Source: Pachysolen tannophilus NRRL Y-2460 (Eukaryota). From it: DNA of 64,000 nucleotides. This document shows, one piece after another, positions 45,786 through 57,322 of this stretch (positions are counted from its first letter, which is position 1; every line of letters begins with the position of its first letter). The notes under the pieces were generated by a model. That model saw only the letters and a list, made by a program, of their open reading frames with translations, made no database searches and was not told where the DNA came from. The stretch spans positions 310,001-374,000 of the forward strand of contig KV454015.1 in assembly GCA_001661245.1 (NCBI GenBank), read 5' to 3'. The position numbers and the translations under genes are program-made.

Positions 45786-47747
45786 TTAGTAACCAAGAGA
45801 AACTTTTAAAACATAAGTCGTCAAAAATGGTAAGCTAATAGCCAACACCGGATATTCAAATATATAAGTTAAAGCCAAATAGTCCATTTGGATATGTTCA
45901 CTACTTTCCAGTGGTGTATAGAAGGCTGTAAGATAAATTAAACTTGTTGCATTTGGTAATCCAAAGTTAATTGAACCAATAAATTGGAGCATTTTATCTC
46001 CACCAAACCAACCAATCTTGTTTAACCTATGATTAAATAAGACTCCAATAATTGGTAAAATAATTAATCTTAATAGAGTTAAACTTAAGGGGACTTTCCA
46101 ATAGCCTTTTGGCATTTTTCCAACACTTAATCTTGCTAATGTAGCACCTAATAATAATAAACCTAGAGGAACACAAGCTTCTGAAACATAAGTTGCAAAA
46201 TCCATAAGAAATGATAATGGTGGCATACCATCTGGTGCATTTGGCAAAGAAACCTGGGTAGTGGTTACAAATAGAGCCTTTACCCATGGGATCATTGAAA
46301 TTGTAATACTGAGTATTAAAGAAACAGAAGGAGGTCTTTTACAATTTTCTAATACTAATAGCAATGCATTCAAAAAATCACTTAACCCCCATTTGTTGGT
46401 TCTTGATTCTTTTTCCTCATCATCATCATCTTCTTCTTCCGAATCACGTGGTCCTCCATCTTCATCTGATCTGCCCATTGGTCTTGATATAGTACTTATT
46501 GATGTTCTTGCAGATCTTGTTGTACGCACTGGCCTTACATCTAAATCACCTAATCCAACAACTGTTGCTTCATGTGTTCCACTTCTTAATTTTTCAACTT
46601 GTGAATACTGATTCACTATATCATCTATATTTTGTGATGGTAATTTTCTTAAATCCAAATTTCTAACAGATGATGAAGTTGTCATAACAGAATTTGAAAT
46701 AGATTGTGTCAGGCTTAATCTTCTTGATTTTGCTCTATTAACACCACGTAAATTTCCTAGATTCAGTTCCAAGAATCTTTCATGTTCTTTATCTTCGTTA
46801 TTATTAGAAGATATAGTTCTTGATTTTGATACACCACCTTGTCTATTTACCGTTGGATGATTTGATGATGATGATCCTGGATTTTCTTCATTATTTTGTT
46901 GTTGTTGTTGTTGTTGTTTTTCAATTTCTGAATGATTATCCAAAGATGAACTCAATGAAGAAATGGAATCCCTATCATCAAAATCATGATCCAACTTAGA
47001 TTCAGAGTGTTCACTTGAACTATTATTATTTTGACCATTTTTTACGCCAGTACCAATTGGATTAAGATCATTTTTGGGGGTAGTATTATTTGTACCATGT
47101 ATAGTTCTACCACGATTTATATTTGAAGAGTTTACAACACTAAAATCTCTTCTTTGTACTAAATCATCATCAGAATCAAAAATTGCATTTTCAGAATTTT
47201 CAATTTTATTTTCAATATCAATACATCTTTTAATTTCATCTTTTAAATCATATTCTATCATTCTGTACATTCCCAAATTGAATTGAAAGATTGTTTGTAC
47301 AGCAAGGTATATACAAACATAGGCCACACCTTTATCACCTTCATCTTCAGTGAATAAAGAACCTGTATCTAATGTTTGTACATATGCAATAGGTAAATCC
47401 GAAATATTGGGGAAAAATCCAACTGAAAGACATCCTCCCAACCAATTTTTTGGAACAGGAGTTATAAAATAACAAATCAAACTACCTATAAGACCAGCAA
47501 AATATAATAATACTGCAGTTAAACAAATAATACCAATTTGTTTTAAATCACTATTATCTATATTAGTGACAATCTTACTAAAAATTAAACAAGGTAAAAG
47601 AGTAAACAATATAATATCAGAAATATTTCTTGTAGTATCAACTGATAATAAATTTTTTTTCCCTAAAAAATATCCAACTCCTATAATGATATAAATTTTA
47701 AAAATTGGTTTAACAGCTGTATATATGATAGAACCTAATGAAACCAT
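45786..47747 (-). CDS. Ecm3/YNL095C-like auxin-efflux-carrier (PIN-like) family membrane transporter
   Basis: AVKPIFKIY, LLPCLIFSKI, FPNISDLPIAY, VPLGLLLLGATL, LRLIILPIIG and LPNATSLIY; two transmembrane blocks around a long hydrophilic loop. Confidence 0.88.
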   Translation of the reverse strand: MVSLGSIIYTAVKPIFKIYIIIGVGYFLGKKNLLSVDTTRNISDIILFTLLPCLIFSKIVTNIDNSDLKQIGIICLTAVLLYFAGLIGSLICYFITPVPKNWLGGCLSVGFFPNISDLPIAYVQTLDTGSLFTEDEGDKGVAYVCIYLAVQTIFQFNLGMYRMIEYDLKDEIKRCIDIENKIENSENAIFDSDDDLVQRRDFSVVNSSNINRGRTIHGTNNTTPKNDLNPIGTGVKNGQNNNSSSEHSESKLDHDFDDRDSISSLSSSLDNHSEIEKQQQQQQQNNEENPGSSSSNHPTVNRQGGVSKSRTISSNNNEDKEHERFLELNLGNLRGVNRAKSRRLSLTQSISNSVMTTSSSVRNLDLRKLPSQNIDDIVNQYSQVEKLRSGTHEATVVGLGDLDVRPVRTTRSARTSISTISRPMGRSDEDGGPRDSEEEDDDDEEKESRTNKWGLSDFLNALLLVLENCKRPPSVSLILSITISMIPWVKALFVTTTQVSLPNAPDGMPPLSFLMDFATYVSEACVPLGLLLLGATLARLSVGKMPKGYWKVPLSLTLLRLIILPIIGVLFNHRLNKIGWFGGDKMLQFIGSINFGLPNATSLIYLTAFYTPLESSEHIQMDYLALTYIFEYPVLAISLPFLTTYVLKVSLGY

Positions 47748-48275
47748 TATTCTTAAATTTTTCCTCCAAATCTTTTTTTTTATTCTTTTTTTCTTTCTTT
47801 CTGAGTAGTTAATTAATACCAGTACTCCAAATTTTTTTTTTTTTGCAATCCAATACTTGCAAAGAGCATTTATAATAATAACAAAAGTATATTTCCCATT
47901 GCAACTTTTATTAAGATTTGCTAAGAATAGTAAACTAAGTATATTTGTATGAATTAACTTTACAATAAAAAAAAAAGGTTCCTTGGTTCCTTGGTTCCTT
48001 CTTCCTTTTTGTATTGTATGTATATTTGATGATCGTATAACGTGGGATACAAATAAACGGTCGTGTGTTTCTCAACCAAATCTTCCTGATTTAGAACGAA
48101 TTTAAATTTAAAATTGAATTTGAAATTGAAATTAGCAACAACTTTTATCCCTTTTAATCAATTAATCAGTTAATCAATCAGTTAATCGGTTGATAAATCT
48201 TTTAAAAATGAATAGTCAAAACAACTAACTAGAAAAGAAAAGAAAAAAAAAAAAAAAAGGAAAAAAAAGTAAAAA

Positions 48276-48710
48276 NNNNNNNNNNNNNNNNNNNNNNNNN
48301 NNNNNNNNNNNNNNNNNNNNNNNNNNNNNNNNNNNNNNNNNNNNNNNNNNNNNNNNNNNNNNNNNNNNNNNNNNNNNNNNNNNNNNNNNNNNNNNNNNNN
48401 NNNNNNNNNNNNNNNNNNNNNNNNNNNNNNNNNNNNNNNNNNNNNNNNNNNNNNNNNNNNNNNNNNNNNNNNNNNNNNNNNNNNNNNNNNNNNNNNNNNN
48501 NNNNNNNNNNNNNNNNNNNNNNNNNNNNNNNNNNNNNNNNNNNNNNNNNNNNNNNNNNNNNNNNNNNNNNNNNNNNNNNNNNNNNNNNNNNNNNNNNNNN
48601 NNNNNNNNNNNNNNNNNNNNNNNNNNNNNNNNNNNNNNNNNNNNNNNNNNNNNNNNNNNNNNNNNNNNNNNNNNNNNNNNNNNNNNNNNNNNNNNNNNNN
48701 NNNNNNNNNN
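48276..48710. other. Assembly gap (435 N) flanked by poly-A tracts
   Basis: N run in the sequence. Confidence 1.
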
Positions 48711-49298
48711 AAAAAAAAAAAAAGAAAAAAAAAAGGAAAAAAAAAATAATCTATCTTTACATATTACAACTTTATAATTTAAATAATAAAAATAAATTAA
48801 GTCGTGTTTTGTATTACACACAAGAGTAACATCATCATGATCATCATCATCATCGTCAATCAATCAATTTTATCGATCAATTTTATCAATTTTAGTCTCT
48901 TGCCAATTTGGGGCCGTTTTGTGGTTTAGTGAACTACTTTTTAAAAAGAATTTTTAATTTTTAATTTTTTCCTCTTTTGTCGTTTTGTGTTTTTTGACCA
49001 CTACTTTTGTATTTCCCTTTTTGGCGATTGCGTAATCGTCGATGATTTTGAGCTAATCTTTAGTGAAAAATGCGTTATGCATGAATTTTTCACCTTTTGG
49101 TGTAAACATAAAAAATTTTCCAGGTATCGAGGACAACTATAGAGAAACTGAAGATGTTAGAAAGAGAGAAAATCATACTATTTGTTTCTATCTGGGGATG
49201 TTTAAAGATAGATAGATTTCTATTTGATTATTTATATATATAAGAAATTATAAAGTGCCACAATCTTTAGAAAATACAAGATTTTTGGTAAAAAATAG

Positions 49299-49331
<33 letters not shown>

Positions 49332-49391
49332 TTAGAATCTTAAGATAGATTTTATAGATAAAGTGGCTAGTATATATATGGTTATATTATT

Positions 49392-50609
49392 ATGAGTGCA
49401 TCTTTGAAAAGATTTCCTTTGAAAGAGACAAATTTATTCAAGCCGATAAAGCTTGGGGAATGTCTTGCTCAACATAGAGTTGTACTTCCTCCTTTAACAA
49501 GATATAGGTGTGATAATTATACACCTACAGATTTAGTTGCTGATTATTATGAGCAAAGATCTAAAAGACCTGGAACTTTTATGATTTCAGAAGGAACTTT
49601 TATAAGTGCTCAAGCAGGTGGTTGTATTGGAGTTCCTGGGATATATGATGATTCAAGACAAAAAGCATGGTCAAAAGTAATTTCTAAAATTCATAAAAAT
49701 AATTCTTTTATTTTTATTCAACTTTGGGGGTTAGGAAGACAAGCTGATCCAGTATTATTACTGAATGAGGGAAATTATCCATTTGTATCTCTGAGTGGGA
49801 TATATGAAAGTGAAGCTTCTAAAATTGCAGCTATAAAGGCAAATAGACCATTAAGACCATTAACTAAAATTGAAATAAATCAATATATTGAAGATTATGT
49901 TTCAAGTTCAATACGTGCAATTAAAGCAGGTGCAGATGGTGTTGAAATTCATTCTGCAAATAGTTATTTATTAGATCAATTTATTCAAGAAATTTCCAAT
50001 AAGAGAACTGATGAATATGGTGGTTCAATAGAAAATAGATCAAGATTATTATTAGAAATTATTGATAAAGTTATAAATGAAATTGGTAGTCATAGAGTTG
50101 GTGTAAGATTTTCACCTTGGGGAAAATTTGGTGGTATGGGTTGGTATAATCAATCACCAATTCCTCAATATTCTTATATTTTAAAAGAATTAGAAAAAAA
50201 AGCTCAAATGGGAAAAAGATTAGCATATGTTCATTTTGTTGAACCAAGAGTTTCAAATTTTAAATTAGTTTCTTCAGAAACAGAAGGTAGTAATAATTTC
50301 ATATATGATCATTGGAAAGGTAACGTTATTAGAGCAGGAAATTATACAAATGATTATGAAGCTACAAAGAGAGATGTTAATAGCAACGATAGAACGTTGA
50401 TTGCTTATGGTAGATTCTTTACCTCAAATCCAGATCTTCCAAATAGATTGGAAAAAGGTCTCCCATTAACTCCATATAACAGAGATCAATTTTATAAATC
50501 AGGTCCTGGTGGCTTTGGTTATACCGATTATCCAACTTACGAACAAATCATCATGAATGAGGAAACTCAAGCCAAAAAAATTAGCATAGGTTTAACCAGT
50601 AATTTATAA
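49392..50609 (+). CDS. Old yellow enzyme (NADPH:flavin oxidoreductase / ene-reductase)
   Basis: LFKPIKLG, PPLTRYR, QLWGLGR, GADGVEIHSANSYLLDQF, RTDEYGGSIENR, GRFFTSNPDL and GYTDYP. Confidence 0.95.
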   Translation: MSASLKRFPLKETNLFKPIKLGECLAQHRVVLPPLTRYRCDNYTPTDLVADYYEQRSKRPGTFMISEGTFISAQAGGCIGVPGIYDDSRQKAWSKVISKIHKNNSFIFIQLWGLGRQADPVLLLNEGNYPFVSLSGIYESEASKIAAIKANRPLRPLTKIEINQYIEDYVSSSIRAIKAGADGVEIHSANSYLLDQFIQEISNKRTDEYGGSIENRSRLLLEIIDKVINEIGSHRVGVRFSPWGKFGGMGWYNQSPIPQYSYILKELEKKAQMGKRLAYVHFVEPRVSNFKLVSSETEGSNNFIYDHWKGNVIRAGNYTNDYEATKRDVNSNDRTLIAYGRFFTSNPDLPNRLEKGLPLTPYNRDQFYKSGPGGFGYTDYPTYEQIIMNEETQAKKISIGLTSNL

Positions 50610-50764
50610 ATTTATGAAAAAAAATATATATATATTTCAAATAGTAATATTTTAGTAAAGAAAAAAAAAAAAAAAATTTAAATAAATAAAAAAAAATTTT
50701 CAATAGCATATATATATATATATTAAAGTAATAGTTATATAAAATAAATCTTTTTTTACTAGTC

Positions 50765-51799
50765 ATGGAACGTATACTTGGAGGGCTATATATATCATCT
50801 ATTCAGCCTTTACTTGATAAAGTTGATTTTAAAAAAAATTATAACATAACTCATATATTATCAGTTCTTCCAGGCCCAATACCGAATGAAGATGAGTATT
50901 TAAAAAATTATGTTCATAAACAGATAGAAGTTGAGGATGATGATTTAACCAATATAATACAATTTTTCCCAGAATGTAACAAGTTCATTGATAGTGTGTT
51001 ATTTCCACAAGGTTTCAATGCTAAAGAGAAGAAACCTCAAAAACATCTGGGTGCTGTATTGATTCACTGTGCACAAGGTTGTTCTAGATCTGTTACAATT
51101 GTTTGTGCATACTTGATGAGAACATATGGGTTAGATGTAGAGAAAGCTTTATTTGCTGTTAAGCGTAAGAAACTGGATATTTCACCAAATGATAATTTTC
51201 TTGAACAATTGAAATTATACGAGTTTTTATTAAATAAAGATGATTTTTTAAATGATAAAATTTATAGACAATGGTTATTAATGCATAACGTTAAATTAGA
51301 TCCAACTGGTTCACAATTGATTCAAGAAAAAGATTTTTTCAAAAATGATACTGGAATACAAGAAAATGGGATGGGAAAATTTATTGAACTTCGTTGTAAA
51401 AGATGTAGACAACGTCTTGCTTCATCAAATACCTTTGTCCCACATGATCCACCTTCATCTTCTTCTGAAGATAAGCAATCTTTATTTATTAGAAAAGCTC
51501 CACATTCAAATAGAATAATAAGTATGGAACAAGGTGCAAATTTTTGTTCTCATTACTATGTGGAACCATTAAGATGGATGCAGGAAGAATTATTAAAAGG
51601 TGAATTAGAAGGAAAATTTAAATGTTTGAAATGTGATCTGAAAGTAGGAGGTTATTGTTGGCAAGGTTCTCGATGTTCTTGTGGAAGATGGATGATTCCA
51701 GCTATTTATCTACAAAGCAATAAAGTCGATGCATGTGAAGTAAAGAAAGATATTATACATAGTGTGAGGGTAAACTCTAATAATGATAGTATAAGTTAA
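50765..51799 (+). CDS. YVH1: Dual-specificity phosphatase with C-terminal zinc domain (DUSP12 orthologue)
   Basis: HCAQGCSRS catalytic motif; RCKRCR, CSHYYVEPLRWM and GSRCSCGRWMIPA. Confidence 0.95.
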   Translation: MERILGGLYISSIQPLLDKVDFKKNYNITHILSVLPGPIPNEDEYLKNYVHKQIEVEDDDLTNIIQFFPECNKFIDSVLFPQGFNAKEKKPQKHLGAVLIHCAQGCSRSVTIVCAYLMRTYGLDVEKALFAVKRKKLDISPNDNFLEQLKLYEFLLNKDDFLNDKIYRQWLLMHNVKLDPTGSQLIQEKDFFKNDTGIQENGMGKFIELRCKRCRQRLASSNTFVPHDPPSSSSEDKQSLFIRKAPHSNRIISMEQGANFCSHYYVEPLRWMQEELLKGELEGKFKCLKCDLKVGGYCWQGSRCSCGRWMIPAIYLQSNKVDACEVKKDIIHSVRVNSNNDSIS

Positions 51800-51891
51800 A
51801 TATTTTATATAGAACGGATAAAAATAAACCCATATTTATTAATAATAGCAGAATGGAAAAAAAGAGATTTTTTTTTTTTTTTTAAGCATTT

Positions 51892-52580
51892 TCAATCATC
51901 ATCAATGACCATATCAAAATCAGATTCATTTTCGTTATTACTAGGACTACTGCTAAAACGTACTTCGTTTCGTAAATGAGATCCGCCACTTATAACAATT
52001 GGACTTGAAAAATTCTTGTAGTATCTTAAATCGTTATGATTTGTAGAAGGCAATGATGGTAACGATGACCCTGAAGAGACAGTTGTAGGGCTTGTTGATA
52101 TTGTATTTGCAGCCATTGTTGTGGACGCGGCAGTCGCTGTTGTTAAACCTGAATTGTTTGTTCTTGTTGTCTTTGACCTTCTCAAAAGGCCAATAGTATT
52201 TTGTTGACCAGGGTTAAGTATTATTTCTGAATCTATTGAATGGTCATCCTGGTATTCTTCCTCATCCATAAAATCTCTATCATCATCATCTTCGTCATCA
52301 TCTTCTTCGTCATCCTCATCTTGGGCGTTGCTAATGTTGTTGATATTGGTGTTGTGTTTTCCGTGATGCTGATGCTCATGCCTGTTGTTCTGCAAACGGT
52401 GCCCATGAAATTCGTACTGGTCATTACCTTGATGGTACTCATCATCATCTTCATCATCAAACGAATCCCCAAAGGCCTCAGCAAGATCTTCCCTCTCTTG
52501 TTGTTGAACATCACGTAAATGCATTTCAGGATCCGAATCAAACCTTCCACTATCTGTACTGGCAGTAGCTATATCATTAA

Positions 52581-52616
<36 letters not shown>

Positions 52617-53232
52617 GACGGTTTCTCTGGTGCTCATTTAAAATATTTTCCGTACCACCTGAAGCCAAATCTATATCTCCTCTATCCATACTTAGTCCAC
52701 TACTATTATCACTAATATCTTCTTCATTTATAAGTACTAAATTGCTATTGGTATCTCTAGCTTCAATTTCTTTTAACCGCCGTTGCTCTTCTAATTCTTC
52801 TTGTTCTTCCGAAAGTTGTTGCATTGTCTTATCAACACCAATTGGTCTCAAATAATCATACCCTAAAGAACTAAGGTCATCCAAATAATTTGCATTGGCA
52901 AAAACTTTATACAATAAGCTAATATCAATTTTTTTGGAATAAATTAAAGAACTTAAATTATTACTATTATTCCCATTACCACCAAATTTTCCCCCATTAC
53001 TTCGACTTTCAACTTTAGATATATCCACCGCTCCAGGGAACTCTGCAGAATATGACGATAAAGGAGGTGCAAAAAATGCACTTTGTTGTTGAAACTCATT
53101 TATTGAAGTTGCTCTATGATTATGATAATGGCGGTTACCATGATTAGACTCTTCTTGTAAAAAACCACCATTATCATCACTATTAAGCCAAAGATGATTC
53201 ACATCCTTCGGCGCTAAGTTCGGTAAATACAT
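51892..53232 (-). CDS. MND2: Apc15/Mnd2-like anaphase-promoting complex subunit
   Basis: LGYDYLRPIGVDKTMQQ motif followed by an acidic low-complexity tail; convergent with YVH1, matching the MND2-YVH1 adjacency in S. cerevisiae. Confidence 0.7.
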
Positions 53233-53737
53233 CTCCTTCAACCTCTATACTCTATCAAACAATACCTCGTCGTTATATTTATATATATTTATAAACATAT
53301 GTTTATCTTTTCTTTATCTTTTGAGAGAGCTTCATCTCGCTGCTTTTTTTTTGCAGTTTTTTTTTTAAAGAAAAAAAAAATTGTTTTTTCTCCGTTTCGG
53401 AGAAAACAATTTCTCCTCCGAAATGGATAAATGTGGAGAAGTTTTCTTTTCCTTTTTGGAGAAGATTTCGGTGTTAAAAGAATTTTATATTGTATGAATT
53501 TTTTTAATAGAAAAACTATTAAATTCTAGAGTTTATCAGTTAATTCTGTTTCTACAAATTGAGTTATTATGAATAGTATCTGATAAGAATGTCTTCTGTT
53601 GTATATATCTATCTACAGGATAACACCGGGTAAAATAAAGAAAATAAAGAAAATAAAAAAAATAAAAAGAGGAAGACGAAAAAACAAGAAGAGTAGGATA
53701 AATTTCTTTTTTTTTTTTTTAAATTTTATATTTTCCA

Positions 53738-55159
53738 TCAAGCCAAGATCAGTTGCAGGTTATTATCAAGATTTTTTTGTTCTTTTGATTTATCTTTACT
53801 AAATAATCTATCCCACTGGCCACTTTTATGTAACATTGCTAGAACCAAGACTCCTGGTAAGTACCATACACTTGCCCAAAATAATTTTTTTGCATAAATA
53901 TTTGTCAATTTAATACTTTCTTTTGAACCAATAAAAGTATTTGTTATTTTATCATAATTACGTTCTTGTTGTCTCCAAAAAATAAATGCCCAATATGACA
54001 TCCAAGCTGTTAATATTGAAGAATCAAAACAAAAGATAGGATCTGTTATATTATAATATGATAATCCAAAACATATTGGGAACATCAAGAGAGAATAACG
54101 TAAAGCAACTCTTGCATTTAATCTTGGATTTTCAAAAGCAGTCATAACATATCCTGCTTTTTTATATTCATCTTTAATATTATGTGAAAGGGAATTAAAA
54201 TGTGGGAATTGCCATGCATATAATAAAGCAACAATACACCAACATCCTGGATGATTTAAAGAACTTGATGCAGCCCAACCCATTAAAGGTGGAATTGCTC
54301 CAACTATAGCACCAACCCATGTATTAGAAATTGATTTTCTCTTTAAAGATGTATATACCCATGCATACAAGACTATATTTAAAAAACCTAAACTTGCAAC
54401 AGTTGGGTTAACACCATAAAGTAACATTGTACATCCAATAGATCCAGTTATTCCAGCAAATGTATATGCTTGAGTTGGAGTTATTATACCACGTACCACT
54501 GGTCTTGTTGAAGTTCTTACCATTTGCCTATCAAAATCAGATTCTCTTGCCATATTTATAGCATTTGCAGAACCTGAAGCTAAAGTTGTTCCTAAAGTAA
54601 GAAAAATTAATTCTTTAATTCCAACTGTATAAGGTGATAATGCATAAGAACATATAGAAGAAAGCATTACTAATATAGTTAATTTTGGTTTTGTTAATAC
54701 AATATATGGAGTAATTATTTTTTTCAAAGTTTCTTTTTGGGAAAAATTATTAGATTCTTTAATTTTAACTTGAAATGGAATATGTGAATTATTAATTTTT
54801 GTATTAATTGAATTTGATTCACTTTGACAACTTAATGTCTTTTTAGCAACATTAGCTAATAATGAATTATCATTTAAAGTATTTGAATTCTCATTTGAAA
54901 TTAAATTTTGATTTCCAGAATTTCTTGTTGAATATAATTTATTAAATTTTAATAAATATTCATTATTAGTAAATTGTATATTTATTGATATCCCATTTTT
55001 TTTTCTTATAAAATTATTAACCATCAATTTCCCATAATTCCCATTATTTGAAAAATAAAACCTCTTAGTATCACTCAATATTCCTAACCCATTTGGAATT
55101 ATATTCTTAATGAAAAATTTAGTAGAATCAGTAGATGAAATCGGCCTCACAATATTCAT
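53738..55159 (-). CDS. COX10: Protoheme IX farnesyltransferase (heme O synthase)
   Basis: LTKPKLT, SANAINM..E..FDRQMVRT..RP, YTSLKR, NTWVGAIVGAIPPLMGW and WQFPHFN. Confidence 0.96.
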   Translation of the reverse strand: MNIVRPISSTDSTKFFIKNIIPNGLGILSDTKRFYFSNNGNYGKLMVNNFIRKKNGISINIQFTNNEYLLKFNKLYSTRNSGNQNLISNENSNTLNDNSLLANVAKKTLSCQSESNSINTKINNSHIPFQVKIKESNNFSQKETLKKIITPYIVLTKPKLTILVMLSSICSYALSPYTVGIKELIFLTLGTTLASGSANAINMARESDFDRQMVRTSTRPVVRGIITPTQAYTFAGITGSIGCTMLLYGVNPTVASLGFLNIVLYAWVYTSLKRKSISNTWVGAIVGAIPPLMGWAASSSLNHPGCWCIVALLYAWQFPHFNSLSHNIKDEYKKAGYVMTAFENPRLNARVALRYSLLMFPICFGLSYYNITDPIFCFDSSILTAWMSYWAFIFWRQQERNYDKITNTFIGSKESIKLTNIYAKKLFWASVWYLPGVLVLAMLHKSGQWDRLFSKDKSKEQKNLDNNLQLILA

Positions 55160-55586
55160 AATTAAAACCTATTTCAAAATAAATGATATTTTTTTTTATT
55201 TTTTAAAAAATAACAAGAGAAAAGAAACAACAAAAATTTATAATCAACTATTACCTATTTATTAACTTTACTTCTATCCTTACTTCAACTATTCCAACAG
55301 ATATATAGATATATAGATATAGATATATATATATAGATTTAATTTATATATTCGAAACAAAACAGTCGATTTTTTTTTCTTTTTTTTTCTTTTTTTTCTT
55401 TTTTCTTTTTCTTTTTTTTTTTTTTTTTCTTCAAAAAGATACACATTTAGGCACAAAAAAAAAAATTTAAAAATTTAAAATGAAAAATGAAAAAGAAAAA
55501 ATGAAAAAATTATGGAGCACTTTCGGCGATAACGACAACAGCAGGAGGAACAGGAACAGGAACAGGAACAGGAACAGGAAGAAGAT

Positions 55587-56702
55587 TTAATTTTTATCTG
55601 TATCTTCTCTTTGTTCTTCTTCTTTCTTCTTTTCAGATGATTCATCTTCATCTTTTTCTAAATCTATATCACCATCTTGATCTTTTTTCGAATTTTCATC
55701 ATCTCTTTGTTTATTTTCCAATTTATTATCGATTAAATCATGGAATGATATGATTGATCTTACTAAACTACTTATATAAACCATCATTAATTCATCATTT
55801 GTCTTTGTAATAAATGATTTCGCCAACAGATCTGATTTATTAAATCCTAATAATTTATTATTATTATTTTTTAAATTTGAATCAATATCATTATCATTTG
55901 ATTGATTATTTGATGGTACCAATACATTAATTAAATTTGGTAATAAATTAAAAATATCTTGTAATTTACCTAATATAACATTATTTATTGGTAATTCATT
56001 ATTTAAAATTTTATTTAAATAATTTATAATATTTAATAATCTTTCATCAAGTGATTTTAAAGATTTAAAATTATTTGTTAATCTAATTGATAAATTACCA
56101 CATGCTTGATCTCTAATATCTCTTAATAAATGTTCAACTCCAATTTCTTCAGCTTCTTCAGCTTTAATAATTGAAGGTAAATGAATAAAAGATTTTTCAG
56201 CAGCTGTTCCATCATCTTTAATTTCTTCAATAGCTAAATAAGAATCTGTTGGAATATCAATAATATCATTAGAATTAACATTAACTATTAATAATAATGG
56301 ATTAGAAGTGAATTTTTTAAAAAGTTCATTAATTTTTAAATCAGATTGTTTTAATTTAGGACCAGAATGATACCAACCAATTAATTTTTCCTTTGCATTA
56401 ATTTTTTTAAACATTTCTAACATTGAATCAATAAAATTATGATCTAAAAACCAAATATCAGGACTTTTCTCATCTTCTTCAAAAGGTATAGCAAATGAAT
56501 TAGTAACTTTTATAGAATCTTTACTACTATAATTATCACCTAATATAACTCCTAATACCCTTTTATTAGAATTATTAAAATTTGAATCTGAATTCTTATT
56601 AATAATTCTTTCATAATGATCAACAACTGATAATAAAACTAAAGGCGCAACAGTAACAGAAGTATTCTGTAATGATGCTTCATTAGTTATAATGGATGGC
56701 AT
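55587..56702 (-). CDS. RPN8: 26S proteasome lid subunit Rpn8 (MPN domain)
   Basis: [35 protein letters not shown] and [16 protein letters not shown]. Confidence 0.96.
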   Translation of the reverse strand: MPSIITNEASLQNTSVTVAPLVLLSVVDHYERIINKNSDSNFNNSNKRVLGVILGDNYSSKDSIKVTNSFAIPFEEDEKSPDIWFLDHNFIDSMLEMFKKINAKEKLIGWYHSGPKLKQSDLKINELFKKFTSNPLLLIVNVNSNDIIDIPTDSYLAIEEIKDDGTAAEKSFIHLPSIIKAEEAEEIGVEHLLRDIRDQACGNLSIRLTNNFKSLKSLDERLLNIINYLNKILNNELPINNVILGKLQDIFNLLPNLINVLVPSNNQSNDNDIDSNLKNNNNKLLGFNKSDLLAKSFITKTNDELMMVYISSLVRSIISFHDLIDNKLENKQRDDENSKKDQDGDIDLEKDEDESSEKKKEEEQREDTDKN

Positions 56703-56793
56703 ATTTTCAATCTCAATTAATTCTTCTTCCTATTAATTCTTATTCTTTTGTTATCGTCGGTTTTGTTCTTCTTTTAAATCATTTGTTTGTTCT

Positions 56794-56805
56794 GGATGGC
56801 AAAAA
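56794..56805 (+). promoter_or_regulatory. PACE-like (Rpn4-type) element variant
   Basis: GATGGCAAA has one mismatch to GGTGGCAAA and lies about 90 bp upstream of RPN8. Confidence 0.35.
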
Positions 56806-56946
56806 GACACTCAAAAATTTGGATGTTTTGTAAACACGACCGATTTTTTTTTCTTTTGTCCAGTTCAAAACAGCGGTTAAATCATCATCTTTATTATCAA
56901 CAACAACAAGAACAAGAAGAAGAAGAAAGTGTGGATTAAGTTAGTT

Positions 56947-57297
56947 ATGGCGCCTTCTCAGTTAAAGATCAAGGTTAGTGCCTTGAATAGGCTTTTGAAA
57001 GATGAGTCTTTATACCATATAGAGTTACAAGAACAACACCAGTTAATTTCTGGACTTGAGCTGAAGATTAATGATGAAGCTGAATTAAATAAAGAAGAAA
57101 TGGGTTATGAATTGAAGAAACAATTACAAGTTTTGGATGAAACTGAGAAGATGATACCACAGTTGAGATTAAAGATTTCGGAATTTACAGAAAATTTGAA
57201 AACTTTTATTGAAGAGAAAGAATCTTCAAGTTTTAATGCTATAGAATTAGAAGAAGCTAAAAAAGTTATTGAAAATGCAGAAAAATTGATTAGTTAA
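56947..57297 (+). CDS. RBL2: Tubulin folding cofactor A
   Basis: MAPSQLKIKVSALNRLLKDE..Y, YELKKQ..VLDETEKMIP. Confidence 0.9.
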   Translation: MAPSQLKIKVSALNRLLKDESLYHIELQEQHQLISGLELKINDEAELNKEEMGYELKKQLQVLDETEKMIPQLRLKISEFTENLKTFIEEKESSSFNAIELEEAKKVIENAEKLIS

Positions 57298-57322
57298 TTA
57301 GTTAAATTAAATAGATAATTAA

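Noticed and set aside
48225..48863. 212-aa ORF
   Set aside because: Artefact of reading through the N gap and poly-A tracts.
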